Shown here piece by piece: positions 7,175 to 12,821 of a stretch of 12,821 nt of DNA (position 1 is the first letter of the stretch; the number at the start of each line of letters is the position of its first letter). The DNA is taken from NCBI GenBank assembly GCA_031409335.1, contig JANNWY010000142.1:1-12821 (forward strand), read 5' to 3'. The notes beneath the pieces are model-generated. The model did no database searches, was not told the DNA's origin, and saw only the letters and a program-made list of their open reading frames with translations. The position numbers and the translations under genes were made by a program. The stretch is from Chthoniobacteraceae bacterium. GTDB lineage: Bacteria; Verrucomicrobiota; Verrucomicrobiia; Chthoniobacterales; Chthoniobacteraceae.

Positions 7175-7873
7175 CTATGATCCCGGCTGCGCGGAAAGCT
7201 GGCCTTTGTCGAGATGCACGGTGCGGCTGGCGCGGGCGGAGGCGTGGGGATCATGCGTTACCATGATGATGGTTTTGCCGTGCTCGCGATTGAGCGCCTG
7301 GAGGAGGCTGAGGATTTCATCGCCCGATTTCCGGTCGAGGTCGCCGGTGGGCTCGTCGCAGAGCAGCAGCGTGGGGTCGGTGACGATGGCGCGGGCGAGG
7401 CCGACGCGCTGCTGCTCGCCGCCGGAGAGTTGGCGGGGGAAATGTTGCGAGCGGTTGGCGAGGCCGACGACTTTCAGGGCGGTGGCGGCGTGCTCGCGGC
7501 GTTCCTTTTTGGAAAGCTGCGTGAGGAGGAGCGGGAGCTCGACGTTGCGCTCCGCATCGAGTGCGGCCATGAGGTTGTAGAATTGGAAGACGAAGCCGAC
7601 GTGACGCGCGCGCCAGGCGGCGAGCGGACGGTCGCCGAGCTGGTCGATGCGATCCGCGCCGATCTGGACGGTGCCAGTGCTGGCACGGTCGAGGCCGCCG
7701 ATGAGATTGAGCAGCGTGGATTTGCCAGAGCCGGATGGACCCATGAGCGCGAGGAATTCCCCGCGCTTCACTTCGAGGTCGAGATTCGCGAGCACGTGGA
7801 TGTCTTCCGATCCGCGCCGGAAGGATTTCGTGACTCCCTGGATGCGGACGAGCGCGCCGTTTTCTGTGGTCAT
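7175..7873 (-). CDS. ABC transporter ATP-binding protein, LolD/MacB/SalX-type
   Basis: Walker [11 protein letters not shown]-loop GFVFQFYNL, signature LSGGEQQRV, Walker [13 protein letters not shown], and H-loop MVTHD. Confidence 0.97.
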   Translation of the reverse strand: MTTENGALVRIQGVTKSFRRGSEDIHVLANLDLEVKRGEFLALMGPSGSGKSTLLNLIGGLDRASTGTVQIGADRIDQLGDRPLAAWRARHVGFVFQFYNLMAALDAERNVELPLLLTQLSKKERREHAATALKVVGLANRSQHFPRQLSGGEQQRVGLARAIVTDPTLLLCDEPTGDLDRKSGDEILSLLQALNREHGKTIIMVTHDPHASARASRTVHLDKGQLSAQPGS

Positions 7874-7926
7874 AGTTTCTTTTCGACGACGCGCGTGCCG
7901 TCCGTCAATCCCGCGGATTTTGGCAT
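7870..7926 (-). pseudogene. Probable C-terminal remnant of an efflux periplasmic adaptor (MFP/HlyD-family) gene
   Basis: Hand translation gives [18 protein letters not shown]. Its TGA (7872-7870) overlaps the ATPase ATG as ATGA. GL.DG..V is the usual C-terminal motif of efflux adaptors that precede such ATPases. The match is short and recognised by pattern only. Confidence 0.5.
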
Positions 7927-7932
7927 TTTGGC
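7917..7932. repeat. Perfect 8-bp tandem duplication ATTTTGGC-ATTTTGGC
   Basis: 7917-7924 and 7925-7932 are identical. Confidence 0.8.
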
Positions 7933-7956
7933 GGCTCGTGAATTCCGGGAGAGACG

Positions 7957-8889
7957 CTATGGCTTGGTGATCTCGACCCGGTAAAACTTTGTACCCGCCG
8001 CATTGAGATCCGTCACGGTTCGCACGTCGCCTGTGTCGCTTTCGGCGCTCTGATTCAACGGCACCCAGTCTCCGCCAGCGAGACCGGAACGGGCTTGTAC
8101 CATGTAAGTCCGGCCAATCAGACGCGGACGGAAGATGATGTTCCTCCGGGATGGCTGACCGGGCACGGCTTCGATGCGCAGGTGAAAAACGGACGCGGGA
8201 TCGTTCGGGATTAGGCCGGCGGTGAACTCGAATTGATTCGTCTGGCCATCGCCATCGGGATCGAGTGCCGGGGCAGCGAGCGGATTGTTTTCACCGAAGT
8301 TCTGCACCTGCCAGTCGTCACCGAGACCGTCTCCGGCATACGCGCCGAAGTTATCGGGAATGCTGTCGAGCACGGACAAATTGAGCGAGCCAGTGAAGCC
8401 ACCGAACGTTCCCGACACGGCCGCAGAAGTGTTTTGGGAAACCGGGCCGGCGGTGGCGAGCCCGGCCGCGGTTATATCGCTAATCGGGCCGACGACGATG
8501 CCCCACGTCACCGCGTTCGCATCGGTCGTGAGCAAGGTCGCGTCGTCGAGCAACTGCCACGCGGCGAGTTGCAGCGTCCCAGTTTCGTTCACATCCGGCG
8601 GAGCCGAATTCAGCAGCAAGCCGGACACATCATAGAGCTGGCCGATGTAGCCGGACTTCGCGGTCCTGGTGGGTGCGGCGGCGGTGGAAATGCCCGTGAC
8701 TCCGCTGGCGCTGCCGTCGTTTGTATAGCTCGCGCTCGCAGCGCGACGACCACCGCCATCGGCAGATTCGGTGAAGACGGAGTAGTTTGCGCTAAAACGC
8801 GGGCCGCCTAGTGCGGTACCCGAAAGGACGGATAAAGTGAGGCACGCTTCCAGCCAGGTCCTCATTCTTTGACTTGTTTTCATTTTCAT
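7957..8889 (-). CDS. Secreted protein with an Ig-like middle region, acidic thrombospondin-type-3-like Ca-binding motifs and a Verrucomicrobia-style C-terminal beta domain
   Basis: Signal peptide (..LTLSVLSGTALG/GPRF), N-terminal SANYSV..ESADGGG...SASYTNDGS...SGYIGQLY segment, GDGLGDDWQ and DPDGDGQTNQFEFTAGLIPNDPAS motifs, ending ..KFYRVEITKP. The start could be 8889, 8883 or 8865. Confidence 0.85.
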   Translation of the reverse strand: MKMKTSQRMRTWLEACLTLSVLSGTALGGPRFSANYSVFTESADGGGRRAASASYTNDGSASGVTGISTAAAPTRTAKSGYIGQLYDVSGLLLNSAPPDVNETGTLQLAAWQLLDDATLLTTDANAVTWGIVVGPISDITAAGLATAGPVSQNTSAAVSGTFGGFTGSLNLSVLDSIPDNFGAYAGDGLGDDWQVQNFGENNPLAAPALDPDGDGQTNQFEFTAGLIPNDPASVFHLRIEAVPGQPSRRNIIFRPRLIGRTYMVQARSGLAGGDWVPLNQSAESDTGDVRTVTDLNAAGTKFYRVEITKP

Positions 8890-8920
8890 GGGTTGTCAGG
8901 TTAATTGCCAGGCCGTCATG

Positions 8921-11773
8921 TCATAGGTTGCCGATGGTCACGGTACCGCCGAGGGCGCGCAGTTCGAGGCCGTTGGGGTTGTCGATCGTCATCGTCTCGT
9001 TGTAATTGCCGGGCTTGATACAGACGGCCTTATACTTGGTAGCGGCATTCTTTCCTTGCGTCACGGTTTTGAAGGGGAAGTCGCTCGTCCCAAACTCGAA
9101 GAAAAATGGGGAATTTTTATCCACGTAGATTCCGCCCGACGCCCGGTAAATCCCGCGGCCGTGGGTGGCGGCAACCAGATTACTGCCCATCCAGAACAAC
9201 TCATCCACCGAGACGTTGGCCGGTCCGTCCTGGCTCGGCTCCCAGGTGGCGCCGGCGTTCTCCGAGGTGAAGATGCCGACTTCCGTGCCGACGTAGAGCA
9301 AGTTGGCATCCGTGGGATGGAATACCAACGTGCGGACCGGCACGGCGGGCAGGCCAGTCGCGCCCGCGCCCGTTACGTCCACCCAAGTCACGCCGTTATC
9401 GATGGTGCGGTAAACGTTATTGCCGCTGAACCCTCCGAAAGTGGCGTAAATCCAATTGGCACCGCGGGTGGGGTCAATGATCAACCTGGTCACCATCCGA
9501 GGGGGAAGGGCGGCAGTGTTAATCTTCGTCCAAACGGGCGGACTGGCTGTGCCGTTAAAGGTGCGGAAGATATCGCCATTGTTGTGCCCCACCAGCACGA
9601 GACTTGAGGTGATCGGTGAGACCGCGATCGCGCTGATCGGGTTGCCGGCAGCGGCATTCTTGATCGCCGTCCAAGTCGGCGTCGGATCCTTCACATTGTT
9701 GCTCCGCCACAGACTGACCCCACCCGCGAGCAGAGTCTCGGCATTGTTTGGATCAAGGACGAGAGGAGCGATGAAGTTCGTAGCGACGCCCGAGTCGGCA
9801 AGGCCCGACGTGATAGGAACAGCCTGTGCGCCATTGACGCTACGTTGCACGGCGAGATTTTGGCTCTCGACGTAAACGATGTCTTCGATCGGATCGACAG
9901 CGCAAAAACCGCCGTCACCCGTGGGTATCTGCGTCCAGGTTTCCGTGAAGTTGGGAACAGCCTCATTTCCCGAGAATCGCGGTGTCCCGTTGTCTTGCGT
10001 GCCCCCGACGATCACGCCGGTCGCCGGGTTGCCGGCAGCGCCGTAGAACTGCGTGATGCCAAGGTTATTATTCAACTCGGTGAAGCCGGCTGGGCTGTCG
10101 AGACGAGCGACGTTCACGTCAGCGAATCGAAAGATGCCGCCATCGTTGCCGACGAAAACGGTGCGGTTGGTGGTGTTGTTGAAGCCGGGATGAGCCAGGA
10201 TCATATGCTGATCCGTGTGAGGGCGGTTCGTAGGCGAGTCGCCGAGCCCCTCGAAGGTGTTGCCGCCATCCCGGCTGCGGTAGAGAAAGATACCGCCGAC
10301 CATCACGAAATTGGGATCCTGCGGGTTGACCCAGACGATATTGTCATATCCGCCCTGCGTGCCCAATAACGTATATGTGATCTCGGGGTCCGGTTGAAAC
10401 ACGGTGGCGTTCCTGCGGGTGAAGGTTGCTCCGCCATCGGTGCTTCGGTAAACCTGTCCCTGGCTTTGATTAACCGAAGCGTAAACGATATTAGGACTGC
10501 TCGGCGCGTACGCGACCTCGACGCGCCCGCTGATTCCAGGCGTGAAGATCGCCTCGGCCCAGATTTGTCCTCGATCGATCGTCGTCATGGCCATCCCGTT
10601 CCCAGAGAGGATCGCCTGGTTGTTGTCGCCAGGCAGGAAGTCCACATCCAGGATCGGACCCTCAACCGGCTGGACGTTGCCGGCAAAAATGATCCTCCGC
10701 CCCTGCGCCCACGTCGCACCGCCGTCGGCGGATCGCCAGATGCCGGTGCTGGTGTCCGCCAACACGGTGTTGCCATCGGGCGAAATCGCCAGCCGGTTAA
10801 CATAAAAGAAGTTTGGGTTCGGGGCAGGCGGAATACCGTTGTTGTAAGCCGTCGCAAGAAGGTGGTTCCACGTCACGCCGCCGTCCGTGGACTTAAAGAC
10901 ACCCGCACCTTGGAGACCATCCGGGGCCAACGCTTGATTCGGCGCATTGAAGTCAACGGCGAAGGATTCGCCCGTGCCGGCATACATGATGTTCGGGTTA
11001 GTCGGGTTCATGACCATGGTGGAGACGGCGAGGGACGCCATGAAGTCGTTCACCGGGAACCAGGACGCGCCGGCATTGGTCGTCCTCCAGATGCCGCCTG
11101 AGACACTCCCGACCCACATGTTATTTGCGTTCGTTGGGTGGATAACGATCGAGCGGATGCGCCCGCCGACGTTACCCGGTCCCAGCCAAGTCCACGAATT
11201 GGGTTCGATCCCGGCAGCTTGCGCGCCGGGCGCCGGTGCTTTGCCACTTTTACGCAGGGCGTCAAGTCTGGCCTGTTGCGCAGCCTTCATGAGTGTCACA
11301 TGTTGCCGCGCCTTCTCCAAACCATCGGCGGGGATTTCCCCGTGCTCGTCCTGCCTCTGCAGGCGCCGGAACAGTCGCGCGCCATAAGGGTTGGTGGACT
11401 CCGGTTCTTTTTTCGCACGCGCGGGCTTGTCCCGCTCTTCAGTCGTGACGGTCGCCGCGATCGTCGGTGCCAGGGATAGCGGAGAGACCAAAGGCGGTTG
11501 GTCGCGAAGAAGCCTCTCAGCGAGCGACTTCTCAGTGGCCAGAGGCATTTCCGGCGCGGAAACTTCGATCTTGAGTGTTGCGCGACTATCCCGACTCGCC
11601 GCAACGACACGCGTCGGGCGTCGCTCCGGAGTGACAGTGGGTTCGTCGGTCGCATGATCGCGCTGCGCCGTGTAACGGTCGGGCGCCAGCGCGCACGAGC
11701 CGAGCACGAGCGCCACGACCAGCGCGAGCGGTGTTTCCATCAACTTACGGTGCAATTTCACGGGGTATTTCAT
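8921..11773 (-). CDS. Large BNR/Asp-box beta-propeller protein (VPS10/GH74-like fold), probable lipoprotein
   Basis: Lipobox-like LALVVALVLGS/C, WTWLGPGNVGGRIRSIVIHP, at least 8 Asp-boxes (RTTNAGASW, KSTDGGVTW, RSADGGATW, TTIDRGQIW, RSTDGGATF, RSRDGGNTF, RTIDNGVTW, TSENAGATW), GGTQDNGT, AATHGRGIY, and a short C-terminal IYVD...GT..FPFKTV...IKPGNYNE module. Confidence 0.93.
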   Translation of the reverse strand: MKYPVKLHRKLMETPLALVVALVLGSCALAPDRYTAQRDHATDEPTVTPERRPTRVVAASRDSRATLKIEVSAPEMPLATEKSLAERLLRDQPPLVSPLSLAPTIAATVTTEERDKPARAKKEPESTNPYGARLFRRLQRQDEHGEIPADGLEKARQHVTLMKAAQQARLDALRKSGKAPAPGAQAAGIEPNSWTWLGPGNVGGRIRSIVIHPTNANNMWVGSVSGGIWRTTNAGASWFPVNDFMASLAVSTMVMNPTNPNIMYAGTGESFAVDFNAPNQALAPDGLQGAGVFKSTDGGVTWNHLLATAYNNGIPPAPNPNFFYVNRLAISPDGNTVLADTSTGIWRSADGGATWAQGRRIIFAGNVQPVEGPILDVDFLPGDNNQAILSGNGMAMTTIDRGQIWAEAIFTPGISGRVEVAYAPSSPNIVYASVNQSQGQVYRSTDGGATFTRRNATVFQPDPEITYTLLGTQGGYDNIVWVNPQDPNFVMVGGIFLYRSRDGGNTFEGLGDSPTNRPHTDQHMILAHPGFNNTTNRTVFVGNDGGIFRFADVNVARLDSPAGFTELNNNLGITQFYGAAGNPATGVIVGGTQDNGTPRFSGNEAVPNFTETWTQIPTGDGGFCAVDPIEDIVYVESQNLAVQRSVNGAQAVPITSGLADSGVATNFIAPLVLDPNNAETLLAGGVSLWRSNNVKDPTPTWTAIKNAAAGNPISAIAVSPITSSLVLVGHNNGDIFRTFNGTASPPVWTKINTAALPPRMVTRLIIDPTRGANWIYATFGGFSGNNVYRTIDNGVTWVDVTGAGATGLPAVPVRTLVFHPTDANLLYVGTEVGIFTSENAGATWEPSQDGPANVSVDELFWMGSNLVAATHGRGIYRASGGIYVDKNSPFFFEFGTSDFPFKTVTQGKNAATKYKAVCIKPGNYNETMTIDNPNGLELRALGGTVTIGNL

Positions 11774-12720
11774 GTTGAGGAGTGAGCCGGGGTTTTAGAT
11801 GGGGCGGTGAAATCCTTCTCCAAGCCTCTCTGCAAGGTCACCAGAACCAGCACCATGCCCGTGCCTTCTTTAAGGGAACTCATGGCTTTGCCGATGACCG
11901 CGCCTTGGGCGCGTACATGCTCGGTCACTTTCATCGCGTGGCCGGGAGTGTCGGAGCTGGTTAGCAAGTCGCCGGGTTTGATCGGTCCGCCGGAGGCGTC
12001 CGCCTGCACATAGACACGCCCGCTGAGAGCCACGTTCTGGCCGCCTTCCAAAGGGCCTTCCTGTTGCAACGCAATGCCGGGGTTGACGCCGTTGGCTCCG
12101 CTGATGATGCCAGCTACACGCATATCGTAGGCGCTTCTGCTGCGTTTTAGCCGCCCAGGATGCTCGTCATCGATCACGACCACCGAGCCCTTTTCCAATT
12201 CCTCCTCTTTCATCTCAAAAGGTTCGGCTAGATCGGCCCCACCCGTGATTCGCAGTGTCCTGACCTGAGTTATCAAGCCTCCGATGATCGTGGTGCTCCA
12301 ATCGTTATTGTAATTGACCACGAGGCTGGTGCCCAAATCCACGAGGGCGCGACCGGGAGACCCGCGGCGGCCCACATGCCCCAAATACAGGTCGTGGGTG
12401 GCAAACCTGACTGCGACGCCGCTAGCGTCGAGGGCGAATGTGAGCGGTCCCAGTACGCCCTGCCGATGGATAAAGAACTCGTCGCTATTGAAGCCGCGCG
12501 AGGTACCGACGTTCCACTGTCCATTCGCGTTGGCGAACTCGACTCTCGACCAGGAATTGTCGCCGCCCACCGTTTCAATCCGGTGACTCACCGAAAAACT
12601 AGGATCATAGAGGTGCAGCTTGTCTTGTGGTGCGTCCGTGCCGATGCCGACATAGCCCAGGGTGGATTCGAGCGTAACCGCCCTAACCGCAATGCCTTTC
12701 GGGAATTCATCGAAGGTCAC
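11770..12720 (-). CDS. Tail-fibre-like surface protein with C-terminal peptidase-G2-type intramolecular chaperone domain; probably 5'-truncated
   Basis: Fibre repeat GYVGIGTDAPQDKLHL, GRALVD...VVNYNND segment, then GGADLAEPFE...GSVVVID...AYDMRVAGIISGA...ALSGRVYVQADA..GPIKPGDLLTSS..PGHAMK...GAVIGKAM..L...GMVLVLVTLQ. GTG start with no signal peptide and no clear RBS. Confidence 0.75.
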   Translation of the reverse strand: MTFDEFPKGIAVRAVTLESTLGYVGIGTDAPQDKLHLYDPSFSVSHRIETVGGDNSWSRVEFANANGQWNVGTSRGFNSDEFFIHRQGVLGPLTFALDASGVAVRFATHDLYLGHVGRRGSPGRALVDLGTSLVVNYNNDWSTTIIGGLITQVRTLRITGGADLAEPFEMKEEELEKGSVVVIDDEHPGRLKRSRSAYDMRVAGIISGANGVNPGIALQQEGPLEGGQNVALSGRVYVQADASGGPIKPGDLLTSSDTPGHAMKVTEHVRAQGAVIGKAMSSLKEGTGMVLVLVTLQRGLEKDFTAPSKTPAHSST

Positions 12721-12726
12721 ACCAGT

Positions 12727-12821
12727 TTAAGGGTTACGGGGCCTTGGTGGGATTTGGTTTGGCGCAGGCGCGGCCAGCCGCTCACGGGGCGGCGCACGGC
12801 TCTCGGGCAGCTTCTCGGCTG
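12727..12821 (-). CDS. Possible 3' end of an upstream ORF running in from the window edge
   Basis: The open frame AEKLPESRAPPRERLAAPAPNQIPPRPRNP* ends at TAA 12729-12727, in the same frame as the fibre ORF. It is too short to confirm as coding. Confidence 0.25.
   Translation of the reverse strand, partial: AEKLPESRAPPRERLAAPAPNQIPPRPRNP

Noticed and set aside
7870..7959. Programmed read-through of the TAG at 7959-7957 into the in-frame mini-ORF
   Set aside because: Frame coincidence has a 1-in-3 chance, no recoding signal is seen, and the upstream protein ends at a natural-looking C-terminus.
7095..7984. Plus-strand ORFs 7095..7580, 7214..7984 and 7647..7970
   Set aside because: They are typical antisense shadows of an ABC ATPase gene.
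11770..12720. Prophage call based on the tail-fibre-like ORF
   Set aside because: No capsid, terminase, baseplate, lysis or integrase genes are in the window, and the neighbours have Sec or lipoprotein signals.

Overview
High-GC bacterial window. The gene families and intergenic repeat styles suggest Verrucomicrobiota (Chthoniobacterales-like); this is inference. Bases 1-134 are poly-G/poly-C, probably a contig-end sequencing artefact, and cut off an iron(III)-type ABC substrate-binding gene (minus strand, start 843) that the ORF track missed. Next come a DEAD-box RNA helicase (DEVD variant), an 81-aa hypothetical, and an ECF sigma / putative anti-sigma / secreted PDZ-only protein module. These are followed by a REP-doublet-like inverted repeat, a secreted WCGWC thioredoxin, a secreted 'HEWGTFT' protein, and an orphan LolD/MacB-type ABC ATPase preceded by an apparent C-terminal remnant of its adaptor gene. 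From about 7920 to the end is an accessory-looking minus-strand block of surface-protein genes: a fibre-like ORF with a peptidase-G2-type chaperone motif (apparently 5'-truncated and possibly read through its stop), a 950-aa Asp-box beta-propeller lipoprotein, and a secreted 310-aa protein with acidic Ca-binding-type motifs. The best candidates for undescribed systems are this fibre/propeller/partner locus and the protease-less ECF/anti-sigma/PDZ module. No rRNA, tRNA, CRISPR array or transposase was seen.
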